DNA from: Macrostomum lignano
Lineage: Eukaryota
Assembly (NCBI GenBank): GCA_002269645.1
Contig: NIVC01003000.1
Coordinates: 62,001-126,000, forward strand
DNA: 64,000 nucleotides
Direction: 5' to 3'
In this document: one piece after another, positions 46,161-58,640 of the stretch
Layout of the letters: every line of letters begins with the position of its first letter
How positions within the stretch are numbered: position 1 is the first letter of the stretch
The notes under the pieces: generated by a model
Databases searched by the model: none
What the model was told of the DNA's origin: nothing
The model's input: only the letters and a program-made list of their open reading frames with translations
Made by a program: the position numbers and the translations under genes

Positions 46161-47345
46161 CTCCACAACAACCTGAAATTATCCCTTCAAATCCCAAAAA
46201 ACAGACTGCAGTCATACTCTAGCGGCATAGAATTGTCCCCACAGCAAACAATAATTTACTCAGCAGTCCACAGTAGTCCACAGTTACCACCTGAGCAGTT
46301 TGCAGCTATACGCTCATAAGTCTGGAGCAAAGACAAAAACAGCAAAGAATATGGTCTGGAGGAGCTCCGTCTGCACATCTCACATCTTTAAATCTATGAA
46401 ATGATCCTCCAGACCAGACAATATGATCTATATGTCTGGAGGAACTACCTTAGCAGTTTGCAGTTTGTCCCCTTTGCAGTCTGCAATGATCCTTTTGACA
46501 ATCTGCAGTTCTTCTGTCGGCCGGCTCCTCAGTCTCCTGCTTAGCAAACTGCAATGATATTTTCAACAATAAAAAATTGCTAACAGTTTAGTAACGACTC
46601 ATCAATCAATTTTCGATACATATCGGCAGTTTTTTGCACAAATCAGCAGTAAGCAATACCTTCATTCCTAAATAGCAAGCATCCCCAAAAAGAAAGCAAT
46701 CGCAGCATCTCCCCCCGTCAACCTTGTAATCTCAGCACTTCCCCCCATAAGCCTTTGAAACCTCAATTCAAGCGATTCGTCCAGTAAGCCATGGCATATC
46801 AGCAATTCCCCATGGGCTTTTAAAGTCAAAAATTGCCCCAAAAAGCCATGACATCGCAGCAATTCCTGATATATGCCCACAACAACCTGAAATTATCCCT
46901 TCTAATCCCACAAAATAGACTGCAGTCATTATCTTAGCAGCCTGGAGTTATCCCCTTGCAGTCTATAACTTTCATTAACATTAAGCATTTATCCCCTCAG
47001 CAGCCTAGAACTGTCCCGTCAGCAAACCACAATAATTCACTCAGCAGTCCACAGTAATCCCCTAAACAACCTGGACTTAATCACTTAAACTGTACAGTTT
47101 TGAAACTGATGTCTTGCTATCCTATCTTCTCTGAGAGTTGTCTTGCTCAGAAGTCTATCAATCCTCCAAGCAGCCCCCCTCAGCAGTATTCAGTTTGTCC
47201 CCTTTGCAGTCTGCAGTTCTCCTCTCGGCCGGCTCCTCAGTATCCTTAGCAAACTGAAATAAAGGATCCTTTTAAGAATCTGATTTTTTTCTCAGCATTT
47301 ATTACGGTTCACTAATAAATTTTCGATACATATCGGCAGTTTTTT
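46137..47345 (+). repeat. Diverged ~710-bp tandem duplication adjoining the 30-bp minisatellite
   Basis: CACAACAACCTGAAATTATCCCTTC..AGACTGCAGTCAT at ~46165 and ~46878. CAGTTTGTCCCCTTTGCAGTCTGCA and TTTTCGATACATATCGGCAGTTTTT also recur at the same offset. Confidence 0.75.
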
Positions 47346-48134
47346 TCACAATTCAGCCTTCATTTTAACAATAAATTTAGCAGTTTAGCAATTTGATACT
47401 TTCATGGAGCTAGGCAATACCCATTGATGCGATGAGTAATACGCGAAGCAGTTTTTTACAAATCAAATTTGCTTAGTAAATTAGCAAAATTTTTTCATTA
47501 AGTGTGCCTTGTGAATTCAACAAAAATATTCCTATTAGTTGAGCCCGAAGTTATATATAAATGAATAAATAAATTTAATTTTAATCATCCGCTGAGGAGT
47601 CAGACTCGAACCTTGGACCTTACGCCTAGCCTAAACCTAGTCCTAGTGCCTACACTGCGGCTATTCCGCCTACTGATGGGAGGGCGCAAAAATCAGCTAT
47701 ATATGCTTCTGCACTGCAGTCAAATACATAGCAGTGATAGGCTGCTCAGTGTGCACAGGTTGTGTGCAGGCAGAGCCAATGCACAAATAAGTGAAATCTA
47801 TAAATAGCAATTGTCTATGCAGTCCACCCGTCAGCCAGGGTCAGAATGTACACACGCAGCCACTGAGCATTATTTTCCTCTCCCTTATTGCAGCCAGTAT
47901 TGAGGCGTACACAGTAAACAGAGAAAATTTGTGGCAAATTTAAAACCTTTATCATTGAAGCAAATTAAAGAAATTTTTATCGGTACAATGGCCGGACAAT
48001 TTGCAATGTTTTGCAGAAAACGCGGTTAAAAATGGTTGAGGCATTCAATTTGTAGAGTGAAATTCCACAGACAGACAGACAGACAGACTTTAGAGATTTA
48101 GTATAGGTGGAGGATGGACTGTAGGTGGAGGATG

Positions 48135-49110
48135 GACTGTAGCTGCATTAAAAATCGTATGTCATGTGGATACTGCCGCTTTTGTTGCCAAAGTGGTAGA
48201 TTTTTGGAAGATTGTAAATGTCAAAACATCAGATCCTCACGCGATGCTGCTAATTTAAACTTTCTACTCAACTTTGCCTCCATGATTGGTCGAATAGCAG
48301 GTCGACGTGGTCCCTGCCGCCCGCGTTCCTTGACTATAGAGACTCAGAGAGCTGTTATCCAAACAGCGAGGGGTCTCGTTGAGATGTCGCAGTATCTACT
48401 ATCTCACTTGTAGGTACGAATAATACGAGCTATCAGGTATTAATTAGTTTAATTGAGGTTGTATATCACTAAATATTCATGCTATACAGCTATTTTCCTT
48501 ATCCTTTTCAGGTGACTTTCAATCGGATCGGCTGGAGAAGGAATTCTCTATCTACAGGCAAGGCCATGGAGGTTGCTATTTCGTATCCGTAGAAAAAATA
48601 CTTATGAGTGCTCGCCTTCGTCGCATGCAAGTGTACGCACGCCGTAAGGAGGATGCTCCAGAACAGGAGCGATCTGACTGTTGCGACAATGAATCGTCTG
48701 AGGCTGAGCTGTTACACCTGGATGGCCTGTGCCAATATGGAATGCATTTCGGAGAGAGTGACGTTGTACTATATTTGCGGATACGTGGTGCGCAAAGAAG
48801 ACATTGTTGATGACCTATAGTGTGAGGTTTCCGATGACTGCGCAATTGGCAGCTTGCGTCTTTGTGCTATGCCCTCTTTTTAATAGCAAAGCTGACTTGT
48901 GTCAATCGTGCAGGAAAGTTTTTTCCCTTTTCTTCAATTCATATATGGATGTTGCCAAATTTGCTGATGTTAATGTAGGTAGAATTTCAAAACACTTTGT
49001 GAATGTCTTTTTTAAAGGACTTGTACGTCGCGAATCAGTTGCGTCCCGAATATCCCCGAATGCCAATGCGCGCAGACTTCGCAAACTCTCCAATCCCATG
49101 TAATATGTGT
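48135..49110 (+). pseudogene. P-element/THAP9-type transposase, C-terminal fragment with intron
   Basis: TAAFVAKVVDFWKIVNVK, LNFLLNFA..SLTIETQRAVIQT..YLL, GDFQSDRLEKEFSIYRQGHGGCYFVSV and YICGYVVRK. Stops and frameshifts present. Confidence 0.8.
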
Positions 49111-50003
49111 AAAAATTGACATTCACTTTGTGTAGATGCCATCTGTCTAAAAAGCGTGCCGATTTTTTTGCCATTGTACTCTTCTTGCAGATGCCACCTG
49201 TCTATAAAGCGTGCCGATTTTCTTTGCCATTGTACTCTTGCAGATTCAAACAAGCGTGCCGGTATTCTTAACTCTGTCTAGTTTTAAACAGTGAATTTAT
49301 TCTGTTTTTCGGTTTTTGGTTAGTCACTCTCAACAAAAAACTAAAACGTACAACGAAATATTTTACAACAAGCGAAGTATTGTATAAAGACAACTTGCTT
49401 ATATTGCATCAAAAAACAAATGCACTTCCGTTGAAATTTGAGCTAGGGTGAAAAGGCAAAACAGGTACTTGGAAGTTTTTCAGCCATTATCAAGTGGCTA
49501 CAGTTTACAGGATCCGTTGTGGTTTAGTTATAGGCGTTATTTTTAAAACTGTTTTTACATTTGCTTCATACAAGAAACCTGCTATGTTATACCACTCTAG
49601 TCTATAATTTTTGCGTACGTTTTAAAAAAAGGTATAATATTAATATGACATCAAAAAACAATATTGAATACCTAGACTCAAAGTTCTTATTCTCAAAATC
49701 ATTTGTCTTATTTCGTCTTTTGACCCTACTGGCGTATTTATATGATACAATGCGCGCAGAACCAGTACGTCTATTTGTACCTGTACGTCTGCGATAGGTT
49801 TTCGCATGAACAAGTAAAATGTCCGCTCCACAGTGACAATGAACGGTTTGTACTGAAGCAGCGTTTGAAATAAGTGCTACAATAAAATGAAGAGACATTA
49901 ATGTAGCACTTCGAAATTCACCAGACAAAAGCTAAATTTCGTCGCTTGAAACTAATTTCTAAGATTTCTGCATCGCGTTAATAAACAACACAGATAATAA
50001 AAG

Positions 50004-50409
50004 AACTAGATGGGCCACTCAGGCATATATACTTAGTAAAACACGTTTCTACTTTTAGTTCAGTAGCAAGGAAGTATATATAAGCTATTTTAAAGGCAGC
50101 TGAAATGACTTCGATAAGTTAAGAAGCCCAAGCCAGCAGCCGTAAACAGCTTGCTAATTTGTTTAGCAATAATGTACATTAGCCAGCGCCAACTAAAATG
50201 TACATGGCCGCTGCTGGAATGCTAAGAAAGGCAATAAAAATGTGGGGTGGGGAGAAGGGTAGTGTGGAAATGCGCGGTTGGAAGTTTAAGTGGGGGGAAG
50301 AGTCAATAAATGAGCATTGCTTTAAAAAATACATAAAAATGCTTCCGTTTAACTTGCTACCGACCTGAAAGTAGCTTGCAAGCAAATATGCTGAGTGGCC
50401 CATCTAGTT
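50004..50409. mobile_element. MITE-like element with 19-bp perfect terminal inverted repeats
   Basis: AACTAGATGGGCCACTCAG (50004-50022) and CTGAGTGGCCCATCTAGTT (50391-50409), with a non-coding interior. TSD not clear. Confidence 0.7.
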
Positions 50410-50779
50410 ATTCTAGTATCTGTGATCACACATGAATAAGGACTAAATTATGCGCATCCTGTGAAAAAACTACGCTTCACCGAGTTTCTGGAGCCGGTCT
50501 ACATAAAATTGTATAATCAGCCTCTAATAAAATTTGAATGTTTTGTGAGTGTCGCGTCCTTTTACTTAAGTAGTCCCTGGACGAAGGCTATACACACTGC
50601 TGGCCTGATCGCCTGCATCAGCCTTGGATGAAGTCGCCAATTGTCAACGAGGTAGCGGCTGAGGATTCTCGCGTGATGTATGAGGCTTTGAGATTGTACG
50701 GATGGTCGCAGCGGTGTAGAGGTGGTTAAACTGACAGCAGAGTGCTAGGAAGCAATCATTCTGCTTCACTGCTAGCTGT

Positions 50780-51085
50780 GGACTTTTGCCTCCTACTTCC
50801 ATCGCATTAGGAACCAGTTTCGCACAATTAAGCTTCTCAAGTTGACGCTGCAGCCTGGCCACAATGGACTGCACGTCAACTTTTCGGATAATTACGCCGC
50901 GAAATACAGCAGTAGTGCAGTCAGTGAACTTTGGCGATCAGGACAGTATCGTCCTGCATCAGGAAGTTGGCTACGTCAACGGTTGGAAGCCGACTGCCTT
51001 TATTACTGTTTCAGACGCCTTGACGTCTGAGGCTAAGACTGCCGATGCAATTGCCGCACGTCTCAAGCCCGTACTAGTTTTTTCT
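50780..51085 (+). pseudogene. DDE transposase fragment of the DFSENY..EVQSxHF family (superfamily uncertain, Sola-like guess)
   Basis: FHRIRNQFRTIKLLKLTLQPGHNGLHVNFSDNYAAKYSS-VQSVNFG..IVLHQEVGY..FITVSDAL..AIAARLKPVL, across one frameshift. Confidence 0.55.
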
Positions 51086-51516
51086 GGTCGAGTGCGAGAA
51101 TCAGGGTTTCCGCGTTCGCCGACTGTCAATGCTTAGCGACTCGCCATCCAGTCAATATCGCAGCATGAATATGATATATATCTTCCACCGTCTACTGTTG
51201 TATTGTACTTTGACATCACTGAGTGACAGTGGTTGTACACCGGGGCTAGTCATGGCAAATGAGCTGCCAATGGTGTCGGGCGGCTGTCAAGCGCCACTGT
51301 GACCGTATTGTCGTCAGCCGAGGCTAGGTCATCACGCTACAGGACGTCCTATTGACTATACTCGTACGATCGGCTGACAATCCTATGTTATCTTGGTTGT
51401 ATGAGGAGTGGGATGTTCAGGAGTTCTGCAACATACTTGAGATGCTGAAGTTTTCCGACATACGGGACATCTCCAAGATGCATAACGTATGGCGGACCGA
51501 AAAATGGGGACGCTGG

Positions 51517-51650
51517 AATTCGCGCGACTGGATTTCGCGCTACTTGTTTTCTGCGCGACATGATTTTTCGTGAATCGGATTTCGCGCGACCTGGAATTGA
51601 AGCGACTGTACTTCGCGCGACCGGATTTCGCGCGACTTAAGCGACTGAAT
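51517..51650 (+). repeat. Cluster of TTCGCGCGAC motifs
   Basis: About six (A)TTTCGCGCGAC variants within ~130 bp. Confidence 0.7.
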
Positions 51651-53876
51651 TTGAGTTGAGAGACTTTGTGTATTTTATTTAGGAGATTTTTGAAGGCAGT
51701 AAGTTTGTCTCTGAGTTTAAATCATTTTTTTAGTCTCAAGTCATTTTAAATCCTATTTCGTGTTTCCGATATTCAGTGTTTGAGTTAGATACAAGACCAG
51801 AAAATATTTGAAAAAACACACAAAGCGTGTGTTTTACAAGTAAAACTGTTGGATTATGTTCAGTTACAATAAAGCCATTTGTTTTTCTTAAATAAGGATT
51901 TAATATCGAGGTTCTCATATGTCCTGAAGGAACTGGTGGCAGCACTACCTACGCTACTGAGAAGGCTTCCGGTTGAGAAGACGGAGAGCCCATACCACTG
52001 TGCTAGACAGCCGGAGAAGCACGAGCTATTTCAAAATAAACCTTTTACCAACACGCTTCAAACCATGTTTAATGATGTATACCACCACTGAACTCAGAAT
52101 TGAACTCTACGACGAACCAAAACTAATTATTATGACGCTCGTAAAAAATTAATTTCTTTTTTACGCAAAGGCAAAATGTCTTGCTCCAGTAGGTCAGACA
52201 TTCCAGACGTCGTTAGACGGATCAACCTATTTTAAGTTACCGAAAAGAAACCTACTTGCGTGGCGATACACCCGTCAAAATGAAATTAGCGTATTGCTGA
52301 GTCAACCGTGTGGCATTTCATGTCACAATTCTGCAGTTCTTGTGAAGAGTATGTCAAATAGCTATTGCTTTGGTTTGCATGGGTGCTTGCGCCTGTGCAA
52401 ACCGGCTTTAGTGATCAGCCCGCCCCTTGCGGTCTCTGTGCATCTGTGTGGGGTGGGGGCTGGTCCCCACCCCCTCCGCCTGCTAGCCTTTTTAGGTGGG
52501 CCTCTCGCCGCGTTTTCTGACTCAATTTGCGCGCAGCTCTCCGCTTGAGGTTTTTTCAATTCAATTTTTGCTTTTAACTCAATTTTTTTATTTATTTGTA
52601 ACTCGTTATAAAATACATAGCTTGGAGGTCGCTTTTTCGCTGTGCGCCTCCCGCGCGTTGCTCGCCTTGCTCGCCAATTGTCTCAATGTGCCTCTTTGTG
52701 TCTGGCTGGTCACTAATCATATTTCTTATCATTATCAATACCTTCGAAAATTTTTGTTCTCTAAATGAAAAACTTTACGCAGTGCTTTATTTAAGTCGAA
52801 GCAGCTACGCAGTATTGAAAATTGTTGAGTTATGCAAAAAGTCTTTTTGTTTTACCAAGAAATTTATTTTTATGCTTTCGCTGATCTCTAATTACCTGCT
52901 GCTGAGATTTTAGACATTATGTATGTATTCATTCGCTGTAGTGTAAGCGGAGATACTAAAGGAATAACTAATTACCTGTGGCAACTTAATAGCAACTGAA
53001 ATTAGCAAAATTGGGGCTTCCTGTGAGCATCTATCATAAACGTGTTTCAGCTTTTCTGTTTTGATCGGCCAGATTTTATAAACTTAAAATTATTAATATA
53101 TTGTTTCAATAATACAATTTTGTATTGCATTGTTTCTGCACTATATATGCTAGAGGGCTACAATTGCAGCCTTTAGTTAGAAGCCAAGCATTTGGCTATT
53201 AAGACCATATTTCATGTTATTTTATGTAGTTGAATTGATTCCAGCCTATTCCACCAAAATCTCATTATTATACTGAGTTAATAATAATACAACAATGATT
53301 TGATAATAATTAAACTATAATTTAATTTCGAAATTATTTTGTGAGTTTACATTTGATGATTGGAAATACATTATTTTCGCATTATCTGTCTCTAGGGTAG
53401 CAAACAACACAGTAAATGCAAATTGCATTATCTTAAACAGTAGTAACCAACAACAGAAGTATGAATTGTAGGAATCGAATTATTTTGTGGTTGCGGAACG
53501 ATCGATATATTGCATGCAGCTGCATGTGAAACAAAAACAGTTTTACAATTTTCTCCTTTTTGTTTAACTGCGCCTGGTTTCTGTGTCCTGATCAAAATAA
53601 AAATAAGCATGCATTGGATTTAGAAATCTGAAAAATCCTACGTATTTAAGTTATTAGCTGCAACCCTGAGTACAGAAAGCTTATACATACAATTATCCAT
53701 AATATTATTTCTTTGTTTATCAAATCTGACATATAGTAAGCTTCCAAAGCAATGAAAACCGAAGGTCTGCAAGGGTATCAAGACATTCGGATCGTCTCAT
53801 TGATCTAGAGGTCACTACTTACCGAGGCAAATATTTATTATTTTATGTAAGGAAAACCAAGAGTTACCTTAACTTC

Positions 53877-54239
53877 GGGGGGGGGCGTAGCACAGCGGTA
53901 GCGCAGCTGCTCTGGTGTGCCAGCGACCCAGGCTCGATTCCAAAAGCAGCCACATTAATTTGGGGCTGAATTGGAATCTCGGCTTGGCTCTGCTCGTGCA
54001 ATTAATGGCCTTGAGAGCCACCCCCCAAGGCGCAGTGAAGTGTACATGTTTAACGATAATATAAAGTTAGGGCCGCTGTACACTCCTGCGTGAGTGTGTG
54101 CCTGCGTACGTATCCGCGCGCTTGTATGCCTGCTCAGGGGAGTCGGCGGAATGGGCAGTAATGCCTCTCGCCGGTTGTGTGCCTATGTCGCTTAAAGTGC
54201 GCCAGGGTGCACACAACCCCCTGCCTCTAATAAAAAAAA
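53877..54239 (+). mobile_element. tRNA-derived SINE, 363 bp
   Basis: A box TAGCACAGCGG, B-box-like GGCTCGATTCC, A-rich 3' end, and a perfect 12-bp TSD TACCTTAACTTC (53865-53876, 54240-54251). Confidence 0.9.
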
Positions 54240-55342
54240 TACCTTAACTTCACCAGGAGCAGTTCTGCACTTGCAGAAATTAGTATGACAACCTGCTTTG
54301 CCTTTGTAAGTGTGATCTTAATAATGAATAAGCAACTGACACTGTAGAGTTGTATTAGGCAGTGGCCATGCTGTTAGTGGCTTAAACTGGCCTTACTTTG
54401 TGCTCACTGAATGCACTTCACACTAAAACATAAACAAAATATCTATAATGCGTGGAGCAGCGCGGATGCTGAAACGCAGGAACTAACCTTACCTTAAACA
54501 TCAAATTAACACTTGTTTAAATATGAAAATTGCTTTAGCGTTACTTATTTTTATTTGAAACTAGGCGATGAGATCTATTAAAGCCTATGCTGGTAGAGTC
54601 GCTCGCTTAGCGAGAAGAATAAATAGAAAGCTTAATATCAACATTTGAATATGATTGCAATTTCTAACAACTTCAACGCGTTTCGCACACCATGGTGCAT
54701 CGTCAGGATTTTATTAGAACGATTTGAGAAAGTGAGATTGAAAACGATTGATTAAATATTGGTTTTTGCAACGTACACAGGTAAGGAGGGTAAGATTGAA
54801 AACAATTGATAACAACTTGGCTTTAACAACATACATAGGTAGGTAGAAGAGAAAATTATAGATTGAGATTGAAAATTAAACCAAATGTACACAATTCTTG
54901 TCCAGTGGTCAAAATGCAGAATCAGGGGCGGTAGCTTAAGTAATTGAACGTCAAGCTAAGTGTACACAGCGTACACGACTGTGTCAATCACTGTTCAGAA
55001 AACGCGGAGAACATGACCTGCACCACTATGTTGTAATTGGGTGTTGAGATTCGGGGTCTGAGCATTAATGTGCAGGGCCTCGAGAATTCTAAGTTTGGCG
55101 TCAGTATGGCTATGGTCAATGATTTTAAAGTGTTCTTCTGGTTTGCAGTCATTGTAGTTAGTGCATTCAAGGAGGTGAGTTTGTATAGCAGATGGTTTGA
55201 GCCAGTGTTCCCTGATCCTCGTGTGTATATTAGGACCGTGTGTGTTAATTAAGACTAATTATTTTGCTAGCGACTAGAACGAGTTGAGACTTAAGAGTCT
55301 TAGACAATCTAGGTGAAAATAAAAGACTAAGCATTTAATAAA

Positions 55343-56129
55343 GCATATCAGACCGTCCTCAGACTGCCCGACACTAGCCTCACCAAGAAGTGTGCGCTAG
55401 GATGGGATGAAAAGCTAGAGCAAATCGGGAAAAGCAAGGATAAACAACGCGCGATCACCAATCACTGGAAGCTGATGGTAAAGAAAGCAGGAGTCGACCC
55501 TATCGATATAGAGCGCATAGTTTAGAATAGAGAACCCTGGAAGGACACGATGGACCGCCAAGTTAGAAAACTAAGACTGAGAGAGAGAAATCCAAGAGAA
55601 ACCGCAGGGAACGACAAAGAGCCAAGCACAGGGACAGCAGAGACGCCTACATCGAGGACGCGAGCGGACAGGCTCACAGGCTATAAATGCAGATTCGACG
55701 GCTGCAACAATATATGCGCGTCGAAAGGTGGACTAGCCATTCTACCAAAATTGCATGCACAGGAGGATAGACTGTCAAACTGCCGTGCACGAACTGCCAG
55801 CAAATCTTCAGCACCGAGGCGACACGGAAGAACCACAAGAAGTGGTGCCGCGGGGCGAAAAAGATCGGCGGTAAGAGGAAGATGCCACCAATACGACAAC
55901 TGGTACAGCGTGCCACGCCCCGATACAGCCACAGACCACCGACCAGCGCGCATCGATCGCCCGCATCTACAAGGGCGTCAGGAAGGCCTGGCCATCGTGC
56001 AGGCGACTCCTGGCAGTAACAAATATGGCGCGCCACCGGCAATTCCTTGGAAAGAAAGGTGGAGGCCGCGAGTAAGTGTGTCCGGTAAAACCACGCATCA
56101 GGCGACAAAAGGTTTTATGATGATGATGA
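55343..56129 (+). mobile_element. 5'-truncated RTE-like non-LTR retrotransposon 3' end with Zn-finger remnant
   Basis: VLRLPDTSLTKKCALGWDEKLE..HWKLMVKKAGVD..REPWK, then YKCRFDGCNNICASKGGLAI, ending in an (ATG)n tail at ~56117-56129. Confidence 0.65.
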
Positions 56130-58051
56130 AAAGTGAAGGCTCCCTTTCGTGCACTGGAGCTTACTTAGTGCGACCAAAAGAGTTTACAGAAGATCACTTC
56201 AAAGCTGAAAACAGGAAAGAGAAAAGCGAAATGCATCTGACGAAGAGTAGCAAATCGGAAAGACGGCACTGGTGCGACTGAAGAACAGTGCAGTTCTGAT
56301 TCTATATCAGCAGCGACTAACTCAGAGAAATCGCAATTAATTTGTCCGAAGTGTGACTCTCCTTAAAAAATCCCTTAAGCCATTTAAAGCACTGGCATGA
56401 AATGAGCTTAGAAGAGACAAAGATCATTCGAGCAATCAAGACAGCGAATCTATCAGCGTATAGAAGTCAAAGTCTAGCACCTCCCAATATACGCCAGATG
56501 AGGAAGAAAGCAATTCAGTTCTGTCGTTATAAGTTTACTGGTCCGACCGGGCGTAGCTTGGTTGGGTGTTAAACCATTGGGGCGTGGCTCTTGTGCGTTG
56601 GTGCGGGGGTGGTGGGCCGGGCCTTGGTCACGTGCCCGCGGCCTGGGTGGCGTTTATTTAATACGGTGCGGGCTGTCGCTGACCCGCCAAGCGCGTATTG
56701 ATTTCCGGTTTCCGGTGGAAGGCTTGCCCAGTCGACGCGGACACAATCACGCAGGGCCATTTTTAAAAATGTCTTTTGCCGGAGTTTCTAGTCCGATCGA
56801 TATTATACACGCGAAGTACTGTTCCAGGATTATTGAGTTTTTAACTAGTAAGTCTCAATCTTGCTCCGATGAAAAGAAGACATATTGAAGGTCTAAAACG
56901 TTTTGGAGTATACCTGAAGAGCTCGTTTTCTAATTTCGTTTCAAAGGCTCAGTTGGCAAAGATCTTTTCTTTTAATCTGCAAGGGTTACGGAAAGGCCCG
57001 ACTACAGGACACGAAACTTGCCGAGACATGACGATATGCGTTTGACAAAAATAGACTGCTTTTAACGAGCTCTTAACTGTCGTTTATGTTGTCGACTTCT
57101 TTGCAGCCGCCGAATCTAAGCCTTCAGTACAGGATCCCAAGAAAAAAATATATTTACTGACTTGGTTTTTTGGCGAAGGCAACTTCCACTGCGCCGATGC
57201 AATCATCGATATAAGTAAATCGACGGATTCCGTGTACGGAAATAATCATGTTTTAAACGGAGCGGTTGCACTTGATTACTTTTCGATTATGGTAAGTTTC
57301 AGAGCATTAAAGTGAATTTTAACGTACTTTTGTAAATCTCGAAAAAGGTTTTCTGTCCTAAATAATTTGAAAACAGTTAACGTCCGTACTTATCGTCATG
57401 TTGTATGACTAAAGGTGGTGAATTTCTGAGCGAATGAGACCATAATCTTGTGCAGAAGCGAATGTTGCACTCAAAAGCAACCGCTAAGCTAAGCTAAGCT
57501 AAGCAAAGCAAGAAAGCGACAAAAATTGGACTTAGGATAGGCGATAACAACCAAGGGCATAATTAGGCACTCCAATTTATGAGCTTACACGCTCGTATAA
57601 GATGATATAATAGTCACTTATCATCCCCTTCCTTGTTCTACCCCTTACCCAAGTCCATTTTTTGTCACTATTTTTCCAAACAGCTTCTTGGTGTTACTGT
57701 GAGAATGACGTTTCATTTGTGTACGTAGGTCACTCAGACTCCACTTTATCTTAAGTTGACAGGCCCATTTGTCAGATTTATTTCTGTAACTCTAAAATCA
57801 ATACATGAATGGATATTGCAGAGATTAGATCGTGAAATTTGCGGTTGCTTCGAGAAGTCCCCCATCGTGACAACTCATATATGTACTGAGCTTTAAGAGT
57901 GTAATAGATCCATCTTTGGAAAGTTCCCGCTTGGTAATACATGCTGTCATTTTTTTCATTTTCAATCCCAATTTGACATATGCTTCAAAGCACTTTCAGT
58001 CAGCGGTGTCCGTACTAATTTGATAACACGCAAGGAGTAGCTAAGAACCAA

Positions 58052-58640
58052 GACATTGTTATGTATCTACGTACGAGGCGGTGCAGTGGGAGACATCAAC
58101 AAAGTCCATCGCTCTTATGACCCATTAGAATAGGTCCTCTTTCATCCATGCGGAGATGACTGGAGATTTGGATTAAAACTAACTAATGGAAATAGGTGAA
58201 CAGCAAAAGCAATGTATTTATGTGTTGATGGTCAGACCAAGTGTCTTTCAACGGTTTGTATTATGGTAGGTGATTGTTACAACAGTACATGGAAGATCAA
58301 ACTACAAAGATTGAAAGAGATGGTCCAAATTATCTGATTGAATGGCGACGCAACAAAAGTAGGTTTATTCTACCATCGACGTTTTTCGGCAGTCCATGCT
58401 ACTTGACGGAGCGAAAGCAGGATGCCATGGCATATTTTAAAACTTTAGAGACCGGATTTATTTACAACAATGATTGTAAATTCTTTTTAGAGCGAGATTA
58501 AAGACTAACTGGTTAATGGACAGAAAGCTGCCGACAGGCCTGACATTGTAATGCGAGTTTTTATTTTTAAAAGTAATCAGCTGCTCAAACGGCTTAAAAT
58601 ACGGGGTTGTTCACAGAGTTCCTCTATAGGCAGAAGCACG
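58052..58640 (+). pseudogene. Helitron RepHel (Rep domain) fragment
   Basis: VHRSYDPL..LFHPCG, LLQQYMED..KIER, ILPSTFFGSP..ERKQDAMAY and DRPDIVMRVF, with many stops and frameshifts. Confidence 0.85.

Noticed and set aside
45685-46166. Decapeptide-repeat proteins on the minus strand
   Set aside because: The frames stay open only because the repeat period is 30 bp. There is no start context, splice support or domain.
53877-53955. tRNA gene
   Set aside because: A and B boxes are present, but there is no convincing cloverleaf, and it continues into a 363-bp body with an A-tail and 12-bp TSD. It is a SINE.
56540-56760. Second SINE or RT fragment
   Set aside because: GC-rich patch without a clear B box, TSD or RT motif.
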